From assembly GCA_964627035.1 (NCBI GenBank), contig CAZVKN010000012.1, forward strand, positions 22,925-86,924: a stretch of 64,000 bases of DNA, read 5' to 3'. The notes below the pieces were generated by a model, which had not been told where the DNA came from, did not search any database, and worked only from the letters and a program-made list of their open reading frames with translations. The position numbers and the translations under genes are program-made. Origin of the DNA: an uncultured bacterium (lineage in GTDB: Bacteria; Electryoneota; AABM5-125-24; Hatepunaeales; Hatepunaeaceae). The number at the start of each line of letters is the position of its first letter. The first letter of the stretch is position 1. Positions 48,161 through 59,035 of this stretch are shown here, in pieces.

Positions 48161-49465
48161 CTATTTAATGTAGGCGACCTTTTTAATTCCCCAATGGGCT
48201 CCTGCCTTCATTTCAAGGAAGTAAATTCCTGCTGCAAGTTGATCCGGTGCGCTCACTGTTAGACGATGCACACCTGCAGTCAGTGCTTTCTCCATTGCCA
48301 GTGCTTCCCGCCCCTGAATGTCATACAGAATGTAATTCACCGCACTCGCGTCCGGCAACTTCAGCTCAATCTGAAATCTATCGTTAAACGGATTCGGGTA
48401 GGGTGAACTGAGAGCAAACTCTTTAGGTGTCAAAGCAGGTGTACCAGGTTGCGACATAGGCTCAGGGAAGCTGATGTCATGCATGAACCGCACACTTGCC
48501 GGGATAGTGAACGAAATCGAGCGCGTCTCCGCATTCTCCTGTCCATGTACCAAAAGATAAACCTGATCACCGGTCTGAATCGCTTCACCAATCGTCAGCA
48601 CCATACGGAATTTTCCCGCATCTGCATTACCCGGTGCGACAAGTTGTTCCATAATTATCTGCGGCAATTCATCGCCACTTTCGCGGATGACCTGAACCGA
48701 GAACCCACCATTGCAGACACCGCCATCGGGATTGCAGAGCGGCAGTCCATTTTCATTGCCGATCACAAGAGGTCGTGGGGGTACACGATAATCACCGCCC
48801 CCGTGGTCTCTACCATCGGTCGGCTGATATCTCATCTCCGGCTGAGTGAGAGGCGCTATATTACGAGCCGGACGACGGTTTAGATACATCAGGTAGCTTT
48901 GATCTGCTTTGAACTCTCCGATATAACCGGGAGCCCATCCCTCGGGGGTCGCTTCGATTAAGTCGAAACGGCTTTCCGTGACGTTCCAGTTGATGAGAAG
49001 ATCATCCGAATTTGCCGGAGGGAGATCACGCAATGATTCGTCTTTACCGATTGTCGGCGCATAATAGCTCCAGCCGTGATCCAGTTGTCCCCAGTCGAAC
49101 TTACGGTACTGTTCAGGACGACCGGATACAACCATGCGCTTCCGCTCGTTATCGGAATTGTAGATCCAGTAAGCGATTCCCCGATTCAGCACAAACAGAT
49201 CGCCGTTCCAGCGATTGGTCTCGCTGTTGAAGCTTGAGTACCTGTAGCGATCGAGTCGCTTATCCCAAGTTGTGATTTCGGCAGATCCGATCCCGTCACC
49301 AAGAACGTTCTGGATAGTCGGATTTTCCGGTAGAACAGGGAAGCTCACAAGATTGAATCCCGGTTCGAGGTCAAATGTCCAGAAACCGACCACATCCTGC
49401 TGTGTGACAGCTCCTGCAGCGAGCGGCAAAAACAGGCAGATGATTAGTAATTGTCGCAGTTTCAT
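48161..49465 (-). CDS. secreted hypothetical protein with T9SS C-terminal sorting domain
   Basis: Signal peptide (MKLRQLLIICLFLPLAAGA). C-terminal CTD (...GIYFLEMKAGAHWGIKKVAYIK). The ORF extends to 49486. Confidence 0.75.
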   Translation of the reverse strand: MKLRQLLIICLFLPLAAGAVTQQDVVGFWTFDLEPGFNLVSFPVLPENPTIQNVLGDGIGSAEITTWDKRLDRYRYSSFNSETNRWNGDLFVLNRGIAYWIYNSDNERKRMVVSGRPEQYRKFDWGQLDHGWSYYAPTIGKDESLRDLPPANSDDLLINWNVTESRFDLIEATPEGWAPGYIGEFKADQSYLMYLNRRPARNIAPLTQPEMRYQPTDGRDHGGGDYRVPPRPLVIGNENGLPLCNPDGGVCNGGFSVQVIRESGDELPQIIMEQLVAPGNADAGKFRMVLTIGEAIQTGDQVYLLVHGQENAETRSISFTIPASVRFMHDISFPEPMSQPGTPALTPKEFALSSPYPNPFNDRFQIELKLPDASAVNYILYDIQGREALAMEKALTAGVHRLTVSAPDQLAAGIYFLEMKAGAHWGIKKVAYIK

Positions 49466-49675
49466 ATATATTCTCCGATGAGGCATTGTCTTCTTAATAG
49501 AAAATACGATGCATTCCCGTATTCATTAGGTAACTATAGCAAGCTATATCAAAAGTGTCCGCAACGCAACTTAAACGGTGAACCGAGCGGGAAAGATCGT
49601 TAAAAGATGTATCTTGAATCGGTTCGTATTATATTATAACAAATAGCAGATTGAGTTGAAACAGAGGAATCAGTT

Positions 49676-50653
49676 TTGATCAGGTGGACAATCTTAATCG
49701 GTCTGACAATACTTTCAGGTTGTGCGATTGAATCGTTTGAGGGGAGTGGAGAACCGAACGGATCAATTTTCGTGGCAAGCGGTGACGGGAGTGGCAATGA
49801 GATAAGCGCGGCAATCCTGATTGACGGCGTAGTGCGCCCGGAGCGGACTCCGGCGTATGTGCATGGGATTTCTGTCGGTGATCATGAGATCGTGGTAAAA
49901 CTGTACGGATTCTGGAATGACACACTTTTAACCACTGTCACCGGGGGAGATACGGTCAATGCTGAGTTTGTACTTGAGGAAGTGCCGCCTGGTCAGACCG
50001 GACAGCTCGATTTTGCCACTATTCCATCCGGCGGGAAGCTGATAGTGGATGGGCAGTTTCACACGGTTGATGGAACGCCAGTAATCGCACCTGCCATGGT
50101 AGATCTACCTTGGGGAAGTTACCGTATCTCATCCTATTTAGAGGATCATGCAAACCTGAGGAATGCACTGCCTGAAGTTACAATAATTGCAGGAGAGGCA
50201 ACCGAGATAGGATTTGCACATGAGGGGAGACAAACTGCACTGCAAGCCGGATTACTGCCGTTCCATTTCAGGTTAGAGAACGATGTTGGTGACTCGGTGT
50301 CACTCGCTGAGCAAACCGGACAGGTGGTGCTGTTGAACTTCTGGTATGTCAGTTGCGTTCCGTGTCAGAGGGAGTTCCCAGGGATTGATTCGGTCTATCA
50401 ACGTCACGCCATTGACGGCTTCCAGGTATTAGCAATTGATGCAGGAGACTCACCAGATCGTGTCAGAACATTCCGCAGCAATTTTAATCTGACATTCCAA
50501 CTGCTATTGGATCCGGAAAGAGAAGTGAATTCGACATACGGGATTACTTCGTACCCACAGAACATTTTGATTGATCGCACAGGATCTATCCACGAGATTC
50601 TCGGTCCGGTCACACAGGATGAGTTAGAAGAACTTGTGTTGGAGCTACTTTAA
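49676..50653 (+). CDS. lipoprotein with PEGA-like domain(s) and C-terminal TlpA/ResA-like thioredoxin domain
   Basis: Lipobox LTILSGCA. CxxC active site WYVSCVPCQREFP in a thioredoxin fold. Confidence 0.75.
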   Translation: MIRWTILIGLTILSGCAIESFEGSGEPNGSIFVASGDGSGNEISAAILIDGVVRPERTPAYVHGISVGDHEIVVKLYGFWNDTLLTTVTGGDTVNAEFVLEEVPPGQTGQLDFATIPSGGKLIVDGQFHTVDGTPVIAPAMVDLPWGSYRISSYLEDHANLRNALPEVTIIAGEATEIGFAHEGRQTALQAGLLPFHFRLENDVGDSVSLAEQTGQVVLLNFWYVSCVPCQREFPGIDSVYQRHAIDGFQVLAIDAGDSPDRVRTFRSNFNLTFQLLLDPEREVNSTYGITSYPQNILIDRTGSIHEILGPVTQDELEELVLELL

Positions 50654-50786
50654 TTTTACTCAGTCATTATAAACGAAGTGAAGAATCTCTCTCGCTACAC
50701 AAACTTTGAGATTGCTTCGCTGTGATCGCAATGACATCTCAACTACTTCCATGCATCTTAATGAAAAAATATAAATTGGAGATAAA

Positions 50787-51494
50787 ATGAATATCAAATA
50801 TATCATCGGAGTATTTCTACTCTTAGTCACAGTGTCACCACTAACAGCGCAGGATAATTTCAGCACCTTTTTTGAATCTTTCGAAGCTGTAGGTATTGTT
50901 GATTCGTATTATGTCTTTGAAGGACCAATCACAAATTTGACTGATGGAGAATTGAGGATTAATTGGCTAAAGGAAGTTGATCTTCCAAGCGAAAACTGGG
51001 AATCCCAGATCTGTCAGCTTTCTTTGGCGTGTTGGCCAGACTGGGTGAGCGAGGAGACGATGATTTTTTCAGCAAATCAAGTGGATACATTGCAGGTAAA
51101 GTTTTTTCCATACAGTGATGAAGGTGTTGGTACAGTTACTATCTATTTGACTGTTGAAGGGAATCAAGAGGTTGATCAGGAGTTGACTTTTCGCTTTGAA
51201 GCGAGACCTCTTGCGGTTCCACAGGACAGGCGTGAGGAATCATCAAGAGGGCTTGAGTGGATTAGTGGATCTAACGGGATAGGTTTTAACCTGCCGATGA
51301 CGACAAATACGAGTGTGACACTGTATGATATTAATGGACGTGAAGTAGCAGATCTGTGGAAAGGCGTTACTAGTGCCGGACAGCAGACAATACCATTTAT
51401 TCGTCCGAATGGATTACCATCAGGATTGTATTTGCTTCGGCTCGATGCTGAAAATGTGGGTGCGATCAGTAGGAAAATCACTCTTTTGCGTTAA
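50787..51494 (+). CDS. small secreted protein with T9SS C-terminal sorting domain
   Basis: Signal peptide. CTD ...GLYLLRLDAENVGAISRKITLLR. Confidence 0.7.
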   Translation: MNIKYIIGVFLLLVTVSPLTAQDNFSTFFESFEAVGIVDSYYVFEGPITNLTDGELRINWLKEVDLPSENWESQICQLSLACWPDWVSEETMIFSANQVDTLQVKFFPYSDEGVGTVTIYLTVEGNQEVDQELTFRFEARPLAVPQDRREESSRGLEWISGSNGIGFNLPMTTNTSVTLYDINGREVADLWKGVTSAGQQTIPFIRPNGLPSGLYLLRLDAENVGAISRKITLLR

Positions 51495-51642
51495 TGAATA
51501 GATCAAGATGCTGTCCCGCAAGTCAGTCATTGCGAGGATCGAAGAGACAAAGCAATCTTCTAATACTTTGATAACGCTGGGGATTGATTGCGTCGTAATG
51601 ACAAAGCATATTGCAACCTTGTGGGACAGCCTCACGACTTTC

Positions 51643-52455
51643 CTATTGATGCTGCAGAGTCAGCTTTCCATGCTTCCGTCCCAACTCCTCCAGTTTTCTC
51701 ACTGCAATAAGTGACCCGATCAGAAACAGAACTGCCATACAAATCAATATGTATAGCTCAGTTAGAGGCGAGATAAGTCCGGTCGAATATGCGCTGAACA
51801 TGGTTTGACGCAGTGCATCAAGCCCAAGCGTTACGGGGATAATTGCAGCAACACCTGTCGCAACCAGCATGCCGAGCTGCCTGACCGGAAAGTAGAATCC
51901 ACCAAGAAAGAATACCGGTTCATGCAGCAGTTGTAAGCTGTGATTGACACCTCGTCCTGCCATAAAAAACAGAGAGCTTAGTGCCATCCCCATGCCGTAA
52001 AGAGCTGCCAATGTCGCAAAGAAGATCATTACTGCTAACCACGGATCTGATATGTTGAATTTAATTCCGAACATGAACCTGCTGGCGAGATAGATAATCA
52101 ATGCTCTTGATCCTGTCATAATCATGCCGCCGAGTGCCATTCCCATCAGCAGTGCAGGTCTCGGCAGAGGAGCCATCAGATAGAGCGCCAGATTCCCGAC
52201 CTCCTTTTCCCAAAAGAACTGCATCCCCATGCTCCACAACACATGTACCCAGAATGTCATCAGAATTCCACCAAGAATGACAAATCCGGTATATTCAGGT
52301 GGTGCGTTCATTGCCCGGTAAACATAAACGTACGCTGCAACGGACAAGAAAGGCAGCAATGTGTCACCGACCAGCCATGACAACTCTCGCTGTGCACCGA
52401 TTACCCGTACATAAGCACGGGCTATCATGACCTGAAGGAAATATCTGAGCTTCAT
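51643..52455 (-). CDS. ABC-2 type transporter permease
   Basis: 270 aa, 6 TM. Adjacent and overlapping the ATPase gene. Confidence 0.8.
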   Translation of the reverse strand: MKLRYFLQVMIARAYVRVIGAQRELSWLVGDTLLPFLSVAAYVYVYRAMNAPPEYTGFVILGGILMTFWVHVLWSMGMQFFWEKEVGNLALYLMAPLPRPALLMGMALGGMIMTGSRALIIYLASRFMFGIKFNISDPWLAVMIFFATLAALYGMGMALSSLFFMAGRGVNHSLQLLHEPVFFLGGFYFPVRQLGMLVATGVAAIIPVTLGLDALRQTMFSAYSTGLISPLTELYILICMAVLFLIGSLIAVRKLEELGRKHGKLTLQHQ

Positions 52456-53486
52456 TACTGCACTCCGGTCTGATCTTCCGCCAGCGATCTTCCGGTCAGC
52501 TTGAGGAATACATCTTCCAACGTAGGTTCGATGGTGTGCATGTCAATGAGTCTGCGACCGTTCGATGAAACAGCATGAATCAGAGCACCACCCACTTCAG
52601 GATTTTCCACCAACGCTCTGATATTGGTGGTCTGAGTTTCAGGATCGGACTGCTGTGCCAATCGAACTACACCCTCCAGCTCATGGCATTCCTTAGATAG
52701 TGGTTCAATGCCGCTGATCGAAAGCTCAAGTGCGGTCTCCTTCTGCAGCATCTTCTTCAGAGCTTTTGGAGTGTCGCAAGCCTGAATCGTCCCCCGGTCA
52801 ATGATGGCGATCCGGTCGCACATCTCATCAGCTTCTGCCATATAGTGCGTGGTCAGCATTATCGTATTCTGCGGATTGTCAGCCAGCCATCCCGAAATAA
52901 ACTTGCGAATATCACGTGCAGAGAGCACATCAAGACCGACGGTTGGCTCATCGAGAAACAGCACCTTCGGATTGGTGGTGAAACCCCGCGCAAAATTCAG
53001 ACGCTGCCGGAATCCCGTAGAGAGCTTATTTATCCGCATCCCGTCATATTTGTCCAGCCCGATCACCTTCTTCATGTGTTCGATGCGGGGTTTTGCCACT
53101 TTCCACGGTATGCCGTACAGCTCGGTAAACAGTCGCAGGTTTTCAGTAGCGGTTAATATTCCGTAACCGCAAGTCTCGCCACCCGAAACCATATTAATAA
53201 TCTTTCTGACCTTCCAGATGTCCTTTTCAACATCGAGCCCGTCAATGAACGCTCTCCCTTCAGTCAGTGTCAGCAGCGTGCAGAGTATGCGGATGAGAGT
53301 GGTTTTGCCGGCTCCGTTAGGTCCAAGCAGACCAAACATCTCACCCGGTTTGACTTGTAGGCTTATGCCATCCAGTGCCACGAGTGAAGTTTTGCCTGAA
53401 GATCGTTTTGCAGCCCTATCAAGATTAAATATGCGCCTAAGATGCTCTATTTCGATGCTGTATGTTGAAGACATAGTCTGTATCAA
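52455..53486 (-). CDS. ABC transporter ATP-binding protein (ABC-2 exporter family)
   Basis: Walker A GPNGAGKTT, Walker B LFLDEPTVGLD, H-loop. C-terminal extra domain. Confidence 0.88.
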   Translation of the reverse strand: MIQTMSSTYSIEIEHLRRIFNLDRAAKRSSGKTSLVALDGISLQVKPGEMFGLLGPNGAGKTTLIRILCTLLTLTEGRAFIDGLDVEKDIWKVRKIINMVSGGETCGYGILTATENLRLFTELYGIPWKVAKPRIEHMKKVIGLDKYDGMRINKLSTGFRQRLNFARGFTTNPKVLFLDEPTVGLDVLSARDIRKFISGWLADNPQNTIMLTTHYMAEADEMCDRIAIIDRGTIQACDTPKALKKMLQKETALELSISGIEPLSKECHELEGVVRLAQQSDPETQTTNIRALVENPEVGGALIHAVSSNGRRLIDMHTIEPTLEDVFLKLTGRSLAEDQTGVQ

Positions 53487-54383
53487 TTAGTTGTTGGAAG
53501 GCGGTTCAGTTCCGGTATCTTGTTCGATTCCATCATGTTTTAGAATTTGGTGTAACGGTACGGCTGTCAGCTCCATCGGTGTGCGCTTTAGTAGCTCTAA
53601 ACTCAGAAGTCTGTAAATGTCTTTTATGCGTGGATACTCCTCGAGAGTTTTAAGGTGTGATTCGACTGTCTCGACATCTCGTCGCTGCACAGGTCCGGTG
53701 ATCGAGTCAGCTACACCAAGCTGAAAAACATTGTTCAGCGTCGTTGTCAGCAACGGTTTGATTGCTGCTAAAGCTTCATCTTCGTCCAATCCAGCATCCT
53801 TCAACATAACCAGTGATACACCGATAAGAGCGGCAATCAGGTTGCTGCTGAAGACCGCCGACAGATGGTAGAGCGGCCTCAATTTGGAAGGTATTACGAC
53901 AGAATGTCCGCCGAGTTTTTTTGAGATTTCCTCTCCGATTTTGATAGCTTCAGGATCACCGCTGATCCCGAAAGTCACACCCTCAAGCTGTGAGATGTCA
54001 CTTTCAAGACTGAAAGTTTGGAGAGGATGCCAGGTGAGAGGAATAGCTCCGACACTCTTCACAGCTTCAAGCGGCTTCTCGGATAGAGCCCCGGCTGTGT
54101 GAGCAATGACAGTTCCTTCTTTAAACCCGTTTCGGTCAATGATTAACTGAGCAATGTATTCAATCTCTCTATCGGGAACTGAGAGTATGATAAGATCAAT
54201 TTCAGCAGGGAGTTTATAGATGTGCTCAAACTGTGGGATGTGGTTGTCATTCAACCATTCATCATCGGAGACGGCTACATCAACCACCCCAAGCAGGTTG
54301 AAGCCATTTGCATGAAAGGCACGGGCTAGTACGCGTCCGACACGACCGCAACCGACTATAGCGACTGACCGATAGGATTGCAC
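53487..54383 (-). CDS. Rossmann-fold NAD(P)-binding protein, DUF2520 family
   Basis: N-terminal [15 protein letters not shown]-terminal TGPVQRRD motif typical of DUF2520. Confidence 0.75.
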   Translation of the reverse strand: MQSYRSVAIVGCGRVGRVLARAFHANGFNLLGVVDVAVSDDEWLNDNHIPQFEHIYKLPAEIDLIILSVPDREIEYIAQLIIDRNGFKEGTVIAHTAGALSEKPLEAVKSVGAIPLTWHPLQTFSLESDISQLEGVTFGISGDPEAIKIGEEISKKLGGHSVVIPSKLRPLYHLSAVFSSNLIAALIGVSLVMLKDAGLDEDEALAAIKPLLTTTLNNVFQLGVADSITGPVQRRDVETVESHLKTLEEYPRIKDIYRLLSLELLKRTPMELTAVPLHQILKHDGIEQDTGTEPPSNN

Positions 54384-55777
54384 TACTTATCCACCACCAC
54401 AGCCTGCATGATCGCTTCGGCAGCGAGGTTTTCCCCGACAAATGCCTGTCCTTTCATTTTGCAGATGTTGCGTCGGAAGAACTGCATCTCGACCACAAGG
54501 CGTAGCTGGTCACCAGGAACTACCGGATGGCGGAATTTTACTTTGTCCAGACCGGTGAAATATACCAGCTTTGTATCGGGATTGGCTGCTGTGTTCAGCA
54601 GCAGCACACCACCAGCCTGTCCCATCGCTTCCACAACCAGTACACCCGGCATGATCGGACGGGTGGGGAAGTGACCTTGAAAGAACGGTTCGTTAATACT
54701 GACGTTTTTTATGGCTACTACCTTCTCACCGGGTACTAATTCCAAAATCCTGTCAACCAATAGCAGCGGATAGCGATGTGGTAGAATTCGATTGATCGCA
54801 TTGATATCGAACACAAAATCTTTGGTAGCATCTTCCTGATACTTCGCCTGAAGTTTGTGCTTCTGCAGAGCCTGATACAGTATTTTCGCCAGCTCAACAT
54901 GAGATTTATGACCGGCTCGTGCTGCAAGCACATGTCCTTTAAGCGGCATCCCGAGCAGTGCCAGATCACCGATGAGATCCACCACCTTGTGACGCACCGG
55001 CTCGTTTGGGAAACGGGTCTCTTTATTTCCGATAACCCCGTTCGTTCCGGGTGGGAATCCATCAGGTACATGAAATCGCCGCTTTAAGTTCTCCAATTTT
55101 TCAGGGTCAAGCACCTTGTCAATATACACTACCGCACTATCTATCTGACCACCCTGAATTAGTTTCGCATCGAGCATATATTCCAGCTCTGATACCAGGC
55201 AAAATGTGCGGGCAGAAGCAAATTCGGGTACAAACTCCTCGCTCATGTCGTACAGTGAAGTGTACTGCGTTCCGATAGCCGGATGCTCATAATCTATCAT
55301 GTATGTCACACGGAAGCGGTCGGATGGAACGACGACCAGATCTGTTCTGTCGCTTTCGTCCCTGTATGCATAAGTTTCCTTAATCTCAAAATATTGACGC
55401 GGTTCACCTTGCTCTTCGATTCCGAGTTGCTGCAACAGTTCCACAAACGGCATGGCACTTCCGTCATCCACCGGAGGCTCTCCGGCTGTGAGTTCAACTC
55501 GTACATTGTCAAGTCCCAAGCCCGCCATTGCAGACAGGACATGCTCAACCGTATGTACTTCGACTCCCTCCATTCCGATGGTGGTGCCTCGTTTAATGTC
55601 TATAACATGGTCAATCAATGCCGGAATTTCCGGCGATGCTTCAAGGTCGGTTCGCACGAATTTGAATCCGTAGTTAGCGGGTGCCGGAACGAATGTCAGC
55701 TTGCATTCTTTTCCGGTATGCAGTCCGATTCCTTTTATGGTTCCTGATCGTTTTATGGTTCGTTGCTGATTGTTCAA
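54383..55777 (-). CDS. lpxC/fabZ: bifunctional UDP-3-O-acyl-GlcNAc deacetylase / 3-hydroxyacyl-ACP dehydratase
   Basis: LpxC N-terminal domain ([17 protein letters not shown]...) fused to FabZ hot-dog ([16 protein letters not shown]). Confidence 0.92.
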   Translation of the reverse strand: MNNQQRTIKRSGTIKGIGLHTGKECKLTFVPAPANYGFKFVRTDLEASPEIPALIDHVIDIKRGTTIGMEGVEVHTVEHVLSAMAGLGLDNVRVELTAGEPPVDDGSAMPFVELLQQLGIEEQGEPRQYFEIKETYAYRDESDRTDLVVVPSDRFRVTYMIDYEHPAIGTQYTSLYDMSEEFVPEFASARTFCLVSELEYMLDAKLIQGGQIDSAVVYIDKVLDPEKLENLKRRFHVPDGFPPGTNGVIGNKETRFPNEPVRHKVVDLIGDLALLGMPLKGHVLAARAGHKSHVELAKILYQALQKHKLQAKYQEDATKDFVFDINAINRILPHRYPLLLVDRILELVPGEKVVAIKNVSINEPFFQGHFPTRPIMPGVLVVEAMGQAGGVLLLNTAANPDTKLVYFTGLDKVKFRHPVVPGDQLRLVVEMQFFRRNICKMKGQAFVGENLAAEAIMQAVVVDK

Positions 55778-55936
55778 ATAGGTTTCTCCAAAGAAAAAGT
55801 AATTTAACTATCAAAATGTAACAATAACTTGCATTTATGAAAAGTTTGTTATATAATGGTTTTAAGTACTCTTTAAAGTTATTATAACCATCTGAAAAAA
55901 TATTTTATTTATCCAATTGTTTTCACGAGGTTTATT

Positions 55937-56293
55937 ATGGAAAAACAAAATTCTGTTGAAAAGTTAAGTATTCCATTGTATCAAGCCAAAGGCTGGATGA
56001 AGCTTCTCGGAGTACTGAGCATCATCTACGGAATCCTAATCATATTCTCGATCTGGGGCATACTCATCTGTTGGCTCCCAATCTGGATGGGTGTACTTCT
56101 CAACAAGTCCGCCAATGCAATTGAGATAGCTCAACGTCATGGTGACAGTATTCAGTTCCAACTGGCACTTGATAAATTGAAAACTTACTTCACTATTCAA
56201 GGCGTTCTTGCTCTCATTGGTCTTATTATAATCGGTATTGGTATCGTCATTGCTTTAATTAGCGGTGCTGCGATCTTAGATTTTCTGAATTAG
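55937..56293 (+). CDS. small hypothetical membrane protein (118 aa)
   Basis: About 4 predicted TM segments. No recognisable family. Confidence 0.5.
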   Translation: MEKQNSVEKLSIPLYQAKGWMKLLGVLSIIYGILIIFSIWGILICWLPIWMGVLLNKSANAIEIAQRHGDSIQFQLALDKLKTYFTIQGVLALIGLIIIGIGIVIALISGAAILDFLN

Positions 56294-56689
56294 GTTACGT
56301 AGTCAGGATTTTTTTCAAAACCACGTATTCGTATCGGGGAATTTTTCAGATACTAACTTATTCCCATCGATAAGAATCCTAACTATCGAATTCATAGTCT
56401 CTGAGGCACTTTCTATGAGGGCACTTTCGCTGTCTGCATAAAGAGAGCTGATTACGAAAATAATCTTAGCCGCTTTATTCAGTGAACAATTTTACTGGTC
56501 GTACGAAGCCTATTCTTTACAGACTTCCATATTCAATACTGTCTTCTGTCAATTGAATTGTGAATCGATCAGACTAAGGATTACCTGTTATTTGGCACAG
56601 TATCCAGTCGTTCATATCTGCTGATGCCAATACATTTGCTGGACGTAATTTGGATTTGGACAAATCTGAAAATGGAAACTGTACTAATA

Positions 56690-56914
56690 CTACTGTTCCG
56701 GCTGTAAGAGTGCCCATGCTTCGTCCTCTTCAGGTTTGTTCCAATCCTTTGCCAGGGCTTCTTCGCTAAGCAGTGCAATCTCACTGAGATTTGACAGCTT
56801 AACTTCTTCATCAAGAATCGTTACAATTGCTTTGTGAGCACTTTTTAAGCTCACCGATTCCTTTAATGCAATTCTACCATCACTTGTAATGATTGCTTCT
56901 ATTGATTTTAACAT
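56690..56914 (-). CDS. small antitoxin-like protein (orphan; no toxin partner evident)
   Basis: 74 aa. Architecture resembles type II antitoxin / addiction-module proteins. No paired toxin ORF in the adjacent 400 bp. Confidence 0.45.
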   Translation of the reverse strand: MLKSIEAIITSDGRIALKESVSLKSAHKAIVTILDEEVKLSNLSEIALLSEEALAKDWNKPEEDEAWALLQPEQ

Positions 56915-56927
56915 TTATTTCTCAGAA

Positions 56928-58370
56928 TTAATTGGTGATTTCTTCCTCATTTAGCGAATATTCAGTTGTTTCTTGCTTCGTTTCCTGTTCATCTTGACGC
57001 ACCTCTTGCTCTTTCTGAGCCTGTTCAAAGAACTCCGACAGGTTAAATCCTGCGGACTTAAACAGGTCATTCCACATAGGCAATGCACCTATCATTCCGG
57101 ACATGAATTTGGCGGTATTGGGTGTGCCACTACCATCACCGGAACCGAGGTTATCCCACACGACAACTTTGTCAATGTTGATACCCTTGATCGCTTCAAC
57201 TTGAATCGAAGCAATTTCGGTCAACTTCTCAGTCACCATCAGCAATGATGCAGCTTGCGGATCCATTCCAGCGGCGGCAACGATCTGCTTCAAACCTTCA
57301 GCACGTTTGGTCAGTATCTCATTGATACCACGTGCTTCACCTTCCATTTCATTGAACGTCGCATCACCGCGACCTTTTGCCTCACGACGCAACCGTTCAG
57401 CAGTTGCTTCCGCTTCAATTTGGACACGTTCTTTGGCTATTCGCGCCGGAACAATTGTATCAGCGGTTTGAGTAGCTTGATCACGCTCGGCACGTTTAGT
57501 CTCAGCAGCTTGCTCAGCGACGTAAGATTCCTCCTGCGCCTTTGCTTTTTGGATACGTTCAGCGGCAACCGCACGTTTTTCAGCTTCAGCTTCACGTTCA
57601 CGACGATCTGATTCACTGTTGGCGATAGTAACCTTTGCAAGGTTCTCACCTTCAACAGCTTTGGAATTTGCATCGGCGACTTGAACACGTTGTTCTTGTT
57701 CGGCGCGTGCTTGACCGATCTCACCGTCGCGATCTTTTTGTGCGACGTTGACTCTCGCTTCGTTAATAGCGCGCGCTGCTGCCTCTTTACCGAGAGCTTC
57801 AATGTATCCACTCTCGTCAACGATGTCCTTGATATTGACGTTAATCAGATAAAGACCGATTTTCCTCAGCTCATTTCCGACTGCTTCACGAACGTTCTCA
57901 AGGAATTTCTCGCGGTCTTGATTGATCTCCTCAATCTTCATGGTAGCGATGACGGCGCGTAACTGACCGATAATGATATTCTCAGCAGTATCTTTCACTT
58001 GATCCTGTTTCAATCCGAGTAGTCTGACCGCCGCATTCAACATCACATTCTCTTCAGTCGAAATACCAACCGTAAAGTTAGAAGGTACATTGATGCGGAT
58101 GTTTTGTAATGATAGAGCGCTTCTGAGATTAACATCAATCGCAATCGGCGTCAAATCAAGATACATATAATCCTGAATCAGGGGCCAAACAAATGCTGCG
58201 CCACCATGGATACATTTAGCACTACGAGACTCACCTGATGTATCCTTGCCTGTTTTGCCGTAGATCACGAGTAGCCTGTCAGATGGACACCGCTTGTATC
58301 TCCGCATAGCGCTGATTACAAGGCTGAAAAATATAACGACAAGAGCCGTTATTGCAATTAGAATTTCCAT
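56928..58370 (-). CDS. flotillin-like SPFH/band-7 protein (YqiK-type)
   Basis: N-terminal TM helix and SPFH domain. Long E/A/R-rich coiled coil. Confidence 0.88.
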   Translation of the reverse strand: MEILIAITALVVIFFSLVISAMRRYKRCPSDRLLVIYGKTGKDTSGESRSAKCIHGGAAFVWPLIQDYMYLDLTPIAIDVNLRSALSLQNIRINVPSNFTVGISTEENVMLNAAVRLLGLKQDQVKDTAENIIIGQLRAVIATMKIEEINQDREKFLENVREAVGNELRKIGLYLINVNIKDIVDESGYIEALGKEAAARAINEARVNVAQKDRDGEIGQARAEQEQRVQVADANSKAVEGENLAKVTIANSESDRREREAEAEKRAVAAERIQKAKAQEESYVAEQAAETKRAERDQATQTADTIVPARIAKERVQIEAEATAERLRREAKGRGDATFNEMEGEARGINEILTKRAEGLKQIVAAAGMDPQAASLLMVTEKLTEIASIQVEAIKGINIDKVVVWDNLGSGDGSGTPNTAKFMSGMIGALPMWNDLFKSAGFNLSEFFEQAQKEQEVRQDEQETKQETTEYSLNEEEITN

Positions 58371-58379
58371 GTTGTTCCC

Positions 58380-58979
58380 CTAAAGATTTGTTGAAAGCGT
58401 GTCCGACCGTGCGACGACGACCATGTTATTGTTAAGCACATCCACAACTTGGACGGATGTGCCTGTCGGTAATTTATCCTCGTCGGTGATCGCATCCAGT
58501 TCCTGTAATATACCTTGAACGGTAACTTGGACGACTCCTTTACCTTCACGTTTGGCAGGAATTGGGAGATATACATTGCCAACTTTGCCGATAGCGTTGT
58601 CCAATTGGACGTTTCCGGTTTCGGTCAGTTTGCTTAATGCATAGAATATCCACGCAATAATCAATGTAGTTATCAATCCGGCAATAATTCCAAACGGAAC
58701 CGTCAGTAATACCGGGAATCCTCCCCTCGCACAAGCCAACCCCACCCATCCGAACATCATTAGGAAATATATCAAGTTGCGGACACTGAAAAAGTGCAAA
58801 TGATCTATGAAACCACCGCTGTCACCAACGTTAAATCCTCCACCGTCATCATGTCCGTGGTCACCGCCGAGTCCCATTATCTCCATTATCAACTGGATCA
58901 CTGTGAGCAGAGAGAAAGGAATTGCAACAGTCAAGAAAAACTTCTCGACTCCGATAAAACTGTTCCACCATTCAGTCAT
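58380..58979 (-). CDS. NfeD-like membrane protein (flotillin partner)
   Basis: TM N-terminal half plus C-terminal OB-like domain. Canonical position upstream of flotillin. Confidence 0.8.
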   Translation of the reverse strand: MTEWWNSFIGVEKFFLTVAIPFSLLTVIQLIMEIMGLGGDHGHDDGGGFNVGDSGGFIDHLHFFSVRNLIYFLMMFGWVGLACARGGFPVLLTVPFGIIAGLITTLIIAWIFYALSKLTETGNVQLDNAIGKVGNVYLPIPAKREGKGVVQVTVQGILQELDAITDEDKLPTGTSVQVVDVLNNNMVVVARSDTLSTNL

Positions 58980-59035
58980 GATGCCTCCTAAGACACTGTT
59001 AAATAACTGTATATGTGATCGGTATTCTGTCTAAC

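Noticed and set aside
52455-53486. Assignment of the ABC-2 ATPase/permease pair as gliding-motility GldA/GldF
   Set aside because: T9SS cargo proteins are nearby, but no gldG-like gene follows and there is no specific signature beyond the generic ABC-2 family. Kept as a generic ABC-2 exporter.
56581-56814. 77-aa ORF overlapping the antitoxin-like gene in another frame
   Set aside because: Out-of-frame overlap with a better-supported small gene. Implausible composition (MMKKLSCQISVRLHC...). Considered as a possible toxin partner but not supported.
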